In this document: positions 27,301 to 42,300 of the stretch, piece by piece
Numbering within the stretch: position 1 is the stretch's first letter
Layout of the letters: every line of letters begins with the position of its first letter
Assembly (NCBI GenBank): GCA_037379345.1
Contig: CM074512.1
Span: 22,816,001-22,880,000 of the forward strand
Direction: 5' to 3'
From: Perna viridis
Taxonomy: Eukaryota
DNA length: 64,000 bases
Program-made: the position numbers and the translations under genes
Notes under the pieces: generated by a model
What the model was told of the DNA's origin: nothing
The model's database searches: none
What the model saw: only the letters and a program-made list of their open reading frames with translations

Positions 27301-30300
27301 AGTATAATTGTATAAAACAGAGAAAAAAATTGTAAAATTTGTGAAAATAAAATATGTATAAAGCAAACATTGTGTATCACATTCATATATTTTTTTAGAT
27401 ATACTGATTTTACAATGAATACAGATGACGTCACATTGTCTGAACCTTATCTAATAATTTGATGGACATAACCTCTAACAAGAACTGTATAGGTGCCTGG
27501 CATGTTAGTTCAGAAAAGTCAACTAAAGCTGTGGCCATAGTCTTGAAGAAATTAGGATCTGTAAAACAAAATATGTTTATCATTAAAGCTCATGGAACCT
27601 GTATTGTAATTCAGGTTGCATTTAAAAAGAAAACCTTGACTACACGATAAGCTACTTTTAAGATTTTGAAATATTTGTTTGCCAAATAAAAAAATTATTC
27701 AGATCAAGTCTTAAGACTTAGCACTGTTGTGTTGGAACATAATAAATCTCATCAATTAACTTAAGAATATTTTTTTTTGGATAAGTAATCAATCACAAGC
27801 CTTTTGTGTCTCTTTTTCCAACAAAAGAAAGCATGCCTATCAAATCTTGTGGAATTTAAAACTGAATTACAAATATGTGTCTAACACTGAAATATTCTTT
27901 GTCCTTTTGATTTTATTTCTTTATCTTATTTCAAACCAAAACAGAACCCAGGAATTTAAAGTACTTAGGGTTAACAGCTCTGTAAGGAAGAATAATGTAT
28001 CATTTAACACTTTTAAATTTTTTTCTAAAATAAAATTTATACAGACCCTCAAAGTTGCTCTGGAACAACATTGGGAAGATGCCATTAGGGGCAAGCTGAT
28101 GTAGGACACATCTTAGGAACTGTCTGGCTATGCTTACACTGTTACCTGGTACCATCAGATTACTGGAGCATATAATAAGAGAAATCAAAATTAGATGAAG
28201 TACTTACACAGTGGCACCATAGAGTCTAGATAAAGTCAGTAGCTTGCCAAGAGAGTCAAACACGTTTGAAAAAGGTGCAATGCCAAAAAATGAGGCTACA
28301 AATAGTTTTAGGTTATATCAAACACCTTAGTCTAACATGATTCAAATGAAGTTCTTAATTAGTAACGGTGCAGTTTTGTTGTATTGAAATAGATGTATGC
28401 CTCTATTATGCAAATTGAACAAGACTTCTGTTCATAGTTTGTGTTCTAGAAAGAAGTGCTTAAGTTTTAAGGCAATATAGAGGGATCAGACAGTAATGAA
28501 TGCAAAGTGCATACCCACAATCTGGGTACGCTAATGATATACTATACTTAGAACTCAATAGCAAACTTCTCTACAGTGAATTCAGACACAGCTGTAAGGA
28601 TTTTCATAGTTATCATAAGAAAAGTTCCTACCTCTCTGCTTGCCAGGCATATGGGCTACTTGAAGCTATTCTGTAATGAAAATGCAAGTGATATAATGTA
28701 GTATACAGTAATTAATCAAAAAGTTTTGATAACAAAATTATTATCAAGAGCATCAATATGCACATATAAACAAAGAGGAGAATTTGTCCACATGACTGAT
28801 CATATATTGGATCAGAACTATCAGTAGATTTTCACTATAGAAAACATGTCTAAACTGAATCCTAAATAAAACATAAGCCTGTCTCAACCAGACACTTTTA
28901 AAGGTCCCTTCATATCAGTTTAAATGTACTGAACCTGGATAAACAAGGTACCCAACAAACTCTACAATCCAAAGGGGGCTCAGTTTGGACAGGTTTCACT
29001 GTAATGTGAACAAAAACCATAAAAAACTTTCATTTTTACCTCGACACACACTGCAGCATTTCAAGAAGGAGCGGTGTAGCTAGAGATGGTTCTCTGTGTA
29101 TGAAGGTTGCCAAGACAACAATACAATAACCAATTACATCATCATCATACTGTTCCAAAATGGCATTACATTCAGCACACCGATCCATCATCAAATTGTC
29201 ACCATATCGTGAAGGAGTTGTTTTCTTGGCAGCTTTCTTTGCCAGTAGTTCACTCTTCCTACTTTTACGACTGTTAAAGATAATTATTGACTTCAATATC
29301 ATTTCTAAACTTCTTATAAAAACTACTTAACCTTATTGACAAAATTTGGAGACGTATTTAGCATAATACCAAACCTATTACAAAAATTTGTGGATCTTAA
29401 ACATGAAACAAATATTTTTGCTTGAATAGAATACTTTTTGTAAAGCTTTATATTCAAATTATAAGCCCTGTAAGGCTCTTTGAAGTTAATTTCTTGGTTC
29501 TCAACCCATTTTTTATGAAAACTATTGAGGACGAGTGGCATTCCTTTTTACCATTTCATTGCACCAAAAATGACAAGGAAGCTTTTTACATTTCATAGAC
29601 GGAAACAAATGACAATTAGGAGTTTTTGTTTATCTTTTATTGATATGGCAATAAAAAAGGGTAATGAAGCAGCCTCAGAAGGGAGGGTCTGAGAACCAAA
29701 CTAATAATGTTGTGAGGCCTATATATGGCAATTATACCTCTTTGTAAAAGTACCCTCATCAGGAACAGGTTCATTTAGTTCTGGGAAAATATTCTGTAAT
29801 TCCACAGTTGTCAGTCCAGTCTTCCTTGGCTTTTTGTCCCTAAAGTTTGGTTTTGGTCCTACGCTTTTAACAGATTTCTTCTCAGATTTATCAGCTAAGT
29901 TTAAAAAAATACCACAACAATGTGAACAAAATACTAAAAATAGATGCAAAAACATTGAAACAAAATTGCCAAATTGTGAATTAAATAATCTTTATAATTG
30001 GAATTATCAATGGGAACCATATATGACTTCAGTATATTGACAAACAAAAATGTCTATCAATTAGTATCACCCTATACACTATGTATTTCTTTTCACACAA
30101 AAATGAAGAAAGACATGTATTCCTAGTGTTGCATTGACTGGATGAATTCTTAGATAATAGTACATGTGTATACTGTGAAAGTACTTTAATTCATGGACAC
30201 CAATTTTCGTTGATTAGGGATGAAACACAAGTTCGTGGATTTTTGATTTTGTGGTTTTGAGGTTTTCAGTATACATATCAATAGTATTCTCCTTTTTGTT

Positions 30301-33300
30301 GAAAACCCAATTTCCTAGTTTGGCCTACGCATGAAAACCACAAAAATCGGTATCCCATGAACAATAGTACTTTCACAGTAGATTTGAAACAAATAACCCA
30401 CAAAATTAAGTGGACCATTAAAATGCACAACTACATATCATACCTTTATTACTTACAAAGTTTCATTAAATTTGGTGCAGTAGTTTCCAAGGAGATACAC
30501 TTTTGGGGGAAGATATAACTAACCTAGTAACCTAGAATATGGCAAAATATATACCCAATACTTACCTCTACCATCAGCTCTGGCAGGAGACCTAATTCTT
30601 CCTCCTGTTAGTTTATCAGAATCTGTATCTGATGTAGTCAGATTCTTATCACTATCATCTGCACTCTCAAGTTCAGAGGTCATATCATGGCTCATATCAG
30701 TAGTAGATGTTACACCTGTCCAGGAACTCTCTGTTGCACTGCTAGAAACACCAGCAGACATCAAAGGAGGACTTGTCACTCTGCCTGCCTCTGTTGGGGC
30801 TAGAGGCTTGGTTTTAGATGGAGGACTTGTCACTCTACCTCCCTCTGTTGGGGCTAGGGGCTTGGTTTTGGATTTTTCACTTTGTTTAGAGAATTCCATC
30901 AGCTGTTTAGCCATGACTTTCTCCACAGATGTAGTATCATTAACAGGACTAGTATCAATCTTTGCTGGAGATGTGGAAGCTGTTTCTTCATCATTTACAG
31001 TATTTTTTGGTATATCTACAGGAATGCTCTTATCTTTTGGTTGTACCTGCAGTGAAAAATTTTAAAACTTGTATAACTGACCACACTGCTACATTACTTC
31101 AGGATGTTAGGATTTATTTTTCCAATTAACACCTTCCAATTTTTATTACCCAGGAAAAATAAAAGAAATACTGAAAACTCAGACATTATGCTGTGCTGTT
31201 ATTATTGCTAGAAAAAAAACTAAATCAGAATCTCAGTCATTAAAACTTCCATTATAAAGTTTTAACATAACTGGTGGAACATTCTTCTAAATAACACAAG
31301 AACTTAAATCATATTCTCATCTAAAATGACAAAATCACAATATTTAATGCACACAATTATTTTTGAATTTACAGTATGTGAGACAGTAATTATTCCCTGT
31401 TGAGAAACTCATTTCCAGTACTATGAGTCAATGTGAAAACCATGCAGAAATACAAATATATAATCCTTTTACACAAAAGGGCAGTTAAATACATATCCAT
31501 AGTATCCTTTAGTTATCATTGTAAATTCAAACCACTTAAAACAAAATTATAACAAATATGTTTACATTATTTTTTAGTTCCATATTAGGTTCATTGTATT
31601 CTACCAATCTTCTAGGTTTTCTGGTCCTGGCGACAGGTCGCTTTGGTGTCTGTTCTAAAGCCTCCTCTATAACCTGCTCTCTGATTGGTGAGACTTGATC
31701 AGCTTTCTTGAAGTGAACAGTACTGCCACTTGATCCAATACTGACTTTAATGGTATCATTATGATTTTTAGGGCTCTGTGGTGGTGTGTCTGTCTCCTGA
31801 ATGTTTTCTAGGTCATTCAGTTTACTTGGTTCTGAAAACATTAACATGAATAATTATGAATTATATTCATATCAGTTATAAGATATCAAACTAAATAAAA
31901 ATACAGCGGAAAGTATCTAATCCAAAACATGAGTATTCAAGAATACATTTAAATCTAGCCTGTGATTCATAAAACATCTCAAATTGAGAATTTCCTCAAA
32001 ACTTTGAGTTTTTGAGTTTTCCTCCGATCTTCAATTAGATTAGATTAGTAGAAAATTTGAAAGAAGGATAAAGATATAGTGAATAAGACATTTTCCACTG
32101 AACTCATTAAATGCAATACAACAGGTTTTGTGCTGTCTTCATATCTAGTGATATTGATAAGCTCAGATAAAGATATCTGTATGAATGTAACAAAAATCAT
32201 TACTTGACAGCATTTCAAGAAAAACTTTGTGAGAAAAAATTTAAAACTATAACAATACTTTTCACCATTAGTAAATATATGATTATGCAAAATTGTTATT
32301 TACAAATAAAGTATTGCAACTAGTAAACATGTATGTGTATACTTTGGAACCTCTATTTCTCAACAGTAAGACTAGGTGGTATAAATCCTACCTCACAGGA
32401 CTTCTTACACCTACCTCTATTTCTCAGTATAGTTGGACTAGATAGTATAAATCCTTCCTCATGAGACTTATTACACCTACCTCTATTTCACAGTATAGTA
32501 GGACTAGGTGGTATAAATCCTTCCTCATGAAACTTCTTACACCTACCTCTACTTCTCAGTATAGTAGGACTAGGTGGTATAAAACCTTCCTCATGGGACT
32601 TCTTATACCAACCTTTATTTCTCAGTATAGTAGGACTAGGTGGTATAAATCCTTCCTAAGGGACTTCTTACACCTACCTATATTTCTCGGTATAGTTGGA
32701 CTAGGTGGTATAAATCCTTCCTCATAAGACCTCTTACACCTATCTCTATTTCTCGATATAGTTGGACTAGGTGGTATAAAACCTTCCTCATGGGACTTCT
32801 TATACCAACCTTTATTTCTCAGTATAGTAGGACTAGGTGGTATAAATCCTTCCTAAGGGACTTCTTACACCTACCTATATTTCTCGGTATAGTTGGACTA
32901 GGTGGTATAAATCCTTCCTCATAAGACCTCTTACACCTATCTCTATTTCTCAATATAGTTGGACTAGGTGGTATAAATCCTTTCTCATAAGACCTCTTAC
33001 CCCTACCTCTATTTCTCAGTATAGTACGACTAGGCGGTATAATTCCATCCTCACTGGACCTCTTACATCTACCTCTATTTCTCAGTATAGTAGGACTAGG
33101 TGGTGTAAATCCTTCCTCATGAAACTTATTACACCTACCTCTACTTCTCAGTATAGTAGGACTAGGTGGTATAAAACCTTCCTCATGAGACTTCTTACAC
33201 CTGTGGTGCTGAGCTTCCACTGTGTTGATTACAATTCTTATCAGCGTTTGGATAATAGCCGACACTGGTGAGGTATAAAACTGATACTGAAATACAGATG

Positions 33301-36300
33301 TAAAATCCAAATATGATATACCGTATTTTGGTGTGTATTGTGTGCACTTTTTTACCAGGAAACTAATTTCAGCACATGGGGTGCGTATAATACACCCATA
33401 CATTGTTTCAACACATTTTTACAGACCAGAGATCGGTCGAAAATTTACGACCTCGAGGGAGTCAACATCGAATCAGAGACCACTTATGAGGTGCCAAAGC
33501 ATATTTATTGATTTTTCATGAGTTTTTTGTTGACTTGTTACCTTTGTAAGCATAGATTGTCAATAAAATCTTCTTGAACAGAATCTGGTTTCAATCTATT
33601 TCCTCCAAAAAAAACATGGCAGACTATGTTTACAACCGCCATACTTTCGTTTTTGTGTATTGATTAACTAATGTTGTCATGTGGTTATTGGGGCATTGCA
33701 AAGGGTATTTAGATGTCACTGATAATAGTTTCACCTGTTAATTTTATATCTAACAAGCAACTGACATATTTATTGAGGGGATTAATTAATCATGACGAAG
33801 ACACAAGACACTTAGTTACCGGTATTATCGAAGGAGATTGTAAATTGTTTTGCGATGTGTATATAATTATGTCTTTATGATGTACACGACTTGTTAATGA
33901 TATGAAAGAAGTAATTAAAATACACACAAGTTTAAACAATTTAATTACTGAATAACAAAATCTTGGGCACATTGCTCATAGAGCCCTAAAATATTTCCAT
34001 TGGACAGAGTAGTCGGTTTAAAAAAAAATATTGTTATTTATGCATCGTATTGAACTCTACTTCATAGTTATTGGATATTCTACTTTTTGAAAATATTGGC
34101 TTCTTTTTTTTATTGAACTAATATCAAAATCCTTATCCAATGTAAAAACAATAATTTTTAAACATAAACCCTTTATGTATCCCCTACATAACACACATGC
34201 CCTATTTGATGACCGTCTGCATTGTTCGCTCAGACCCCTTAATTGATTGTAGTAAAAACAGTCCTTCTTCTAGAATTAGCAATCTTCAGAAATTTATTAC
34301 TCTCAATAGAAACCTTTCAAAGGTAATCAAAACATATGCCCAAGCTGACAATTTCAGCTATTGTCTACGTTATACATTTCTTACCCGAAAAGTAAATGAA
34401 TACACATAAACACTGACAAAACAGACAAATACAAAAAGTAACAAAACAATATTCTTTATAGGAATAAATACACAAAACAGAGAAATGGTCCATTCTATTC
34501 AAAAATAAATTAAAGCCAGTAATGTTCGTGGTCCAAACAAGTTATGCTATTTTCACCACGTAAAATACATACATACATCGGTAAAAAAGTTTTTTACATC
34601 AACTTTTAAAGGGAAAACCACCCTGCACAATAAACACAAATGTGCATTATACACACCAAAATATTCCATTCAAGCCAATTCTTTTTTTATTTTTTTTTTT
34701 AAATATATAGAAGTTGTTAGGACTGAATTTAAAATATGTGCTGATACAACAAATCTGATAAGTATTGTCAATCCAGTCACTAGACTCTATGAATACTGAA
34801 TATTCATTACAAGATTTAGTTTGTAAGACTTTGAAGATGGACAGATAAAACTCATGATACAATGGTACTCAAAACCAGATATCTGAGATCAAATCTCAAG
34901 TTTTTCTTTTTCAAAACTTGACCAAGCAAAATAAAATGGCTTTCTCATAAGTTCATATCTTGCACAGTTCAACCAGAGGCTAATGCCTTTTTCATATTTA
35001 AATATCAGAATCATTTGTGATTGTTTGCTGGTAATTCATTAAATTGTCTATGAAATGACCAATGACATCATAAGGATATAATTAGAGAATGTATCTAAAG
35101 TTCTGACAGCATAATCAAGAACAAATTACAACCAAAAAACATGGAATAAGACATTTATCTGACAAAATATTTGACATTGTAATATATACTAACATTATCA
35201 TTCCACTAATCATATTTCCAAACAAATATTTTTACAGCATTGAATATGAAAGTTCTTCTGGGTTCACAAAATGACACCTATTCTGCAGATAATTGTATTT
35301 TACTTTAAGATCTTGAGCTGTTAACATCAGGGTTGATGCCTGTAAATTGATTTTACTGGCAGCATATCAGCAAACTTGTAAATTAAATGGTTGTTTGTGA
35401 CCATCAAATCATGATTAGTGAAAACAAATTTCAAATAAAATACAGTTATCTCTATTCTTAGCAACAGCTGCATAAATGTTGATATTCCAATTAAAAGTCT
35501 TTAAAAAAAACCTCAATTTAACCAAAGTATTGCACCGTTCTCACTAAGCCATTATAGCACTGTACTTTGCAGCACTATAATTTCTTAGCATTGTGCTATC
35601 AGTAATTAATTTTAATTAGAATGCACTATGGGCACTGTGTTGTAATTTGGAGGAAGGCCAAAAGAGCTGTGCTATGCCAGTAAGCACTGAGCTATTAAAA
35701 AATTATGGGGAGAACACTGTATTGATACCCTGTAATTTACAACATAGTCCAATGCAAACAAAGTCACAATTATTGTTGCATTAGAATGTAACTTGTAACC
35801 AGTAGTATAGAAGTGGATATCAGGAAACACATAAAATGTATCCGAGTGTTTAGTATTCAAAGAAAAGATTGCATTGTATATACTGTAAATGTATCCGAGT
35901 GTTTAGTATTCAAAGAAAAGATCACATTGTATATACTGTAAATGCATTGTATAGACTGTTAATGCATTGTATAGACTGTTAATGCATTGTATATACTGTT
36001 AATGTATTACTTTTTGCAGTTGCTAATTTTCACAGAATCTGTCAAGTGAACATATTGACAGCTATCAATTTTTCACGAAATCTGTCAAGTGAACATATTA
36101 ACAAGTATCAATTTTTCACTGAATCTGTCAAGTGAACATAATGACAGGTATCAATTTTTCGCAGTTTGAAAAAAATAATTAGGGTTTTATAGAGTTAAAA
36201 ATCAATTTAGCGTGTACTTTTTTTGCAATTTTCTGTCCACCACGAAAATTAGTATGTTTCCAGTAGTATAATCTACTACAAATAAGCCTCTTGTGTATTG

Positions 36301-39300
36301 ATGTCTACAAAATAAAGATGTCTAGATTCTAGTGTACCTTATACAATATAGTCAGCAAAGTCGTGAGCCAGGACACCTGTGTATGAGGCTCTAAGTACCA
36401 TAGAGTATAGTTTGGTGGCTGGTAGTCACTGGCATATCTCTGTGGTGAGGGCCCATACTGTAGTAGTAACAAAGTGATTGGTAATATCTGGTTACCTAGT
36501 TTAAAGTTTCTGTCAAGTACCTGCAAAATGTTAGGTTTCATTTCACTAGTGTATTTTGATCTCAATAAAATAAATTTCTATGATTCATTAACCGAACAGA
36601 GTTTTAATTATTTGTGGTATAAAACATTTGTGTCTAGCATAGAAGAAGTTACATTATTATAGTTCAGTATTTGATTTCTATAGTAAATCTAGGTAACATT
36701 ATAACTAGTTACTACAAGAGGCCTTGATAGTTCTGTTTCCCCAGTCAGAAGTTTTTACTATTGATCAGGGTAATAGTAACATAATCCTACTTCCCAGATT
36801 TTTCCCCCTCCAATTTTAATTGGTTAATCAAAGTTCAGATGTTATCAAGCTTTTTCCTTGAACAACATTAAAATCTGATACGGTGTGATCAGACAGCAAT
36901 AAGCAATCATAGTCATGTAATATATCTACTCACTTATTATGAAGAAATTTTTATGGTTCAGCATAATAAAACATTTGGTGACTGTTCATTCAGAAAACAG
37001 TAAATTGATTTGTCTCAGAAACCATTCAACAAATGTATACTGTTGAATACAATGAAACAATAAGAAACTTACAAATGGAACACCACTCAAAAATGCATTG
37101 AATACAGCTGACGTTCTGAAAAAGAAATGATCGGATGAAGCTGACATTCTGAAAAAGAAATGATCGGATGAAGCTGACATTCTGAAAAAGAAATGGATCT
37201 GATAAAGCTGACATTCTGAAAAACAAATGGATCGGATAAAGCTGACATTCTAAAAAAAGAAATGATCGGATGAAGCTGATGTTCTGAAAAGAAATTAATT
37301 GAACACAGCTGATGTTCTGAAAAAGAAAGGCATTGAATACCATTGAGGTCCTTAAAAAGAGAAACATTCTGACTTTTTTAAAATGTAACAGTATTTATTT
37401 ATTTTCATGACAATTTTTTAAAAAAGACTGATGGATTGATATCTGACCCATTACCAATAAGATATTAGGTATAAAAATTGACTTGATATATTTTTAATAA
37501 ATTTTTATTTGTTAAACTAAGAATATGTTAACAAAATTAATAACACAAGGAGAACACAATATATACCATATACCTCTTACAAACTTCCCATTTTTTACCA
37601 TCATTTTATATATTGAAGAAATAAATAATGGAAACTTCGTTTTATCAATGTTTTACCACGTGCTGACTATTTATGTTGCATTGTTTTGAATAATGACATA
37701 AATAACCAACCCATAGTAAAACAATGATAAAATGGAGTTATAAATGGCCAGCCTGTAGTAAAACAATGATAAAATGGAGTTTCCATGATTTATTTCAACT
37801 CTAGTAGGACTAGTGTCTTCATACTTTTTAATACATGCAGCTTATGTGTTGCACGAAATGTTGGTCATATGTTTATCACTTTTTGACCATGACTATGGTC
37901 TAAAGAGCTTTGAAGCATGTCATATTAGAATGGTTATTTTGGTTAGTGTTAAGTCACCATAGCACAGGGGCTTACTCCCACTATCAGCCCCAACAGTATA
38001 TGACTTATACAAGGGTGATCCCACATTTGGAAGTGCCTTGCTTCAACTCCATTTTTTTCAAATAAAATCAAATATATCACTATTTACTACTCAGCAATCA
38101 GTTGACAAATGATGAATTTCATCAATAAACACATGTTACTTGACAGTGGGAACAAGCCCCCGTGGCATATGCTTGCTATTTGTCCTCTTTCAAAAGGTCA
38201 CTTTTCAGATAGTATGAGCACTATTTGAATTACAGCCTCACCTTAATTTGTGTGGTGGTACTGTAAATGATTTCTCTGTCTGGTTGTATCCTAACAAAAT
38301 GTTCAAATGTCTCAACACAACATTCTGAAAAAAAGGCCAAATTTTCTTAACTATACAGAAAGCAAACTTAACTGGAAAAATATGGCATTTTGACTTTCAA
38401 TTGATTAATGTGTCATAAAACAACCAAGTTTGTACTTCAAATATAAACGTTTTTTTTGGTGAAAACAATTGTAAGCACTCAGTAACACTGCTACTAAAAT
38501 ACAAAAATAATTGTGAGGAAAAGTTTACTAACAAATACCTCCTGCTCCATACAGCAGAAACCATACAGACAGTACAGGTGTACAATGTAAATATGTAATA
38601 AAGGTTCTGTGAAAGTAACATTAAATTCCATTCAGAAGTTGTGGATAGGAGATAGGTACATGATATTCATATTGCAAGTCTAAGTTTTGCTATGGAACCC
38701 ACCATCCCCCCACACCCCCCCCCCCAAAAAAAAAAATTAATATTTCAGGAAAGTTTCATTCAATTCATTCTAATAGTAGTGTAGAAGGGTTAATGGACGA
38801 GGGAAGGGTACCCTTGTGTGTACAGAAGTTTCAACAGAATAACAGACATCCCTATCATTGTATACCCCTCACTTTCCACGTAGGGGTACGATAAATGTAT
38901 GATAAATAACACTTACCTGTGTTTTTGTGTTGACTTTGTCATCATCATTCATGTCACAGTTAACCATAAACTGGAAGAGAATATTTATCAAATTATTTTG
39001 TGTGCTATTAAGGTGAATCATATCTAATATTTCTAGTAGATAGATTTTTCTAGTTGTTCTTAAAGATGATCTTAATTGAACTTACTTTAGAATTTTAATG
39101 TAAAAAAATGTGTCACAGGACTTGATTTTGAAATGATTGTGCCATAAAAAAGCCATTATTTTACTAGCTTTTATATGGATTATGTAGGGAATTTTCAATA
39201 TTTTGCAAACTACTTAAATACTAGCAGATAGAATTTCATATAAATTTATAAAAAAGAATGCTATACTGACATTCTTTTACATTTCAAATAGAAAAGTGGG

Positions 39301-42300
39301 GTCACCTAACTCTTTTTCTTGTAATATCAAAAACTGAAATTACCCTTACAATTCTATAGAACATTTTCCCACCAATTATCTCCCCTTGAAAGACGCTTTT
39401 ACAAATAATGTCACAATTTTACCATAATAATTTTCCTGTCAAAAAATCAATTCAAACATATCATATTTACATTATTTTAATAACTATTAGTTATTAGAAA
39501 ATATGTATGTCTGTATGATTTTGCAAGATGACAGAAAAGAATGCTCCATGAAATAGGTATGATCTAACTTAAGCATTGTCTTCATTTGTTACATAGACTA
39601 ATTTAAGAGTTGTATATTCAATAAACCAACAATAAGACCTCCCCCCCACAAAGTATGTCAACAAAGGGTTCACTAAAGGCAGTGATTCAGAATAATGTAA
39701 GTCCAATCAAATAAAGTATGTGCACTAAGCTCAAAACTCAGTAAAATTCTCCACAGAGCCTTACATTTCCAAATCCAGTTTTTAAGTCTTGTACAAATAT
39801 TTTCTGTACTCTTCTATACAATAGTAGTATAATATATTTATTTACAAGGCAAATAATAAAAAGTCTATTAATTATATCACTACAATTAAACTTTGTATGA
39901 ATGGAAAAAGTGTTTCTACAACTTCTTCGTGGTTAAAGAAGGAACAATAAACTTAATAAAAAAACAAGCTATACAGGATTACACATGTATAACATAATAC
40001 AAACCTTCATTAGAAGAGCTACAAGTTGGAAGACAGTGTCCCTATCTATCCCATCCATATCCATAGCTTTCTGGAGCAGTGCTGTGAAATTACTATCTTC
40101 GTCAGAAAACTCCTTTAAGTTTCCTAAAGAAAAAAAAGTAGTGACATTACATGGGATGGTATATAAAACAAACATTTCATTTTCTCATAATATTATTTAT
40201 AATGTAAATTCAGAGAATTTTTACAAAATTAAATGTCATTTTCAGGGGATAATATTTCTAAAATCCAATCTCCCTTACAGTGAAAATTGAAGATTCACAA
40301 TGTTTTTTTTAATTTAAAGTACAAATGTATTAGTGTAAACTAAGTCATGACATTAACAAGTTTAAAGATTATGACAGATACTGAAGACCAAAGATTATGA
40401 TAGACACTGAAGACCAAAGATTATGATTGATACTGATGACCAAAGATTATGATAGACACTGATTAAGATTGACACTGACAACCAAAGATTATGATGGACA
40501 ATGATGACCAAAGATTATGATAGACACTGATTAAGATTGACACTGACAACCAAAGATTATGATGGACAGTGATGACCAAAAATTATGATAGACACTGATT
40601 AAGATTGACACTGACAACCAAAGATTATGATGGACAGTGATGACCAAAGATTATGATAGACAGTGATGACCAACGATTATGATTGACAGTGATGACCAAA
40701 GATTATGATAGACAGTAATGACCAACGATTATGATTGACAGTGATGACTAAAGACTATGATTGACAGTGATGGCCAAAGATTATGATAGACACAATCAGT
40801 ACAAAACAAAAAATATATTTTAAATAGGTCATTCCACAAAGACAAGTGTAACCAATTTCATGAACAAAGGTGCCAAAACAAAGGTGAACAGAATCTCATA
40901 CAGAAAGAAAATGAGACAAACTTCCACTCTGTATGTTCCGAAATGAATTGGGAAGGGATAAAGTTGAACACGTTGTGCTAATAACCCAACTTGTATGGCA
41001 ATCCAATGAAATAGAAAGTTGATATCGGACAAGAACAAAAATCCCTTCCTGAATGACAGATGGACAAGGTGATTCCAATACACCACCAACTCTTTGAGTG
41101 TACAATGTCAACTCTGCATGAAGCTTATGTGTCACATTAATTAATATGTAAGAATAAGTTTTGTAAAAACTCATGTCTTTACAGATCCGTTGTGATAATA
41201 AAGTATTATGTGACCTATCTGTACCTGGGAAAACATTGCTGAAAGCACCAAAATTCATCTTAGATGTCATTCTTCTTCCAAGGTTGAAATGAGGAGCTGA
41301 GTGTTGTCTTATACAGGATTTCTGTCTTTCCAAGTCCACTAAAATATTTTTTCTTATATGAATAAGCCATATATAATTCAAGTTGACTGATCCATACTTA
41401 AGATTACTTTTATATAATAATGAGTTTTTTCATGTTTTAAGTTTTCTAATGCTGTTGGCTGACTTGAAAGCATCATTCCTAAATATTAAATAATCTAATT
41501 TTCTATCTACTTGATAATTGGCAAGTTGAATAGAAGTTCAACATACAACTTGACATACTCCACATGGACACAAGGGTTTAGCACATCATTCAAAGTAGGA
41601 CTATCCTAAAAACATCTTTGTGACAGGAAGACACAGATAATGCCCAACCAAAATAAAAAAAATTGTCTATTGACACTTCATCAATGAAATACATAAACAA
41701 CTTTTCACAGAGCAGCTAAGCTGCTAAGTCGAGTTTTTATTAATCCTTCATAAACATATGTATGTGCATGCAGAAGAACACATAAAAATGAAAATAATTA
41801 CAAAATGGTTTATTCATAAAAAATAGGATTAGTTTCACTATGCTGATTAGGATCAAATGCCTACGAGAACATTCTGACATATCACACTAGTTGCTGCAAG
41901 AGTTTTCAAAAAATAAATTGCAAACTTTTCACAATGAATGTATTCACTTTCACAAAGATTCATTACAATTGGTGAAAGCATTTTTGAGTTATTGTGCAAA
42001 AACTGGAAAACATCATCCTTTTCCATAAAGAAATTTCAAAAACTTGAAAGAAAAATAAATTTGAATTTCTTACAAAATTAAAGGGAGCTTCCCACTAATG
42101 AAAAATACTTTCTTAAAGTTTTCAAATTAAAATGTGCAAGCATCATGTGAAAAACATATTGGACAGAAAAGGGTAAAACAATATGACCCCCAACCTTTAG
42201 TTATAGGGAATAAATAAGTCTACACCACTACCCATAGGGGGATGTTTTAATGTGTGATTTTCTACCTAAATACTGGTACTATTTATATACCAAAGCAAGT

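Noticed and set aside
32819-33403. 194-aa ORF as an independent gene
   Set aside because: It is an unc-79 exon plus flanking intron and the in-frame part of the donor array.
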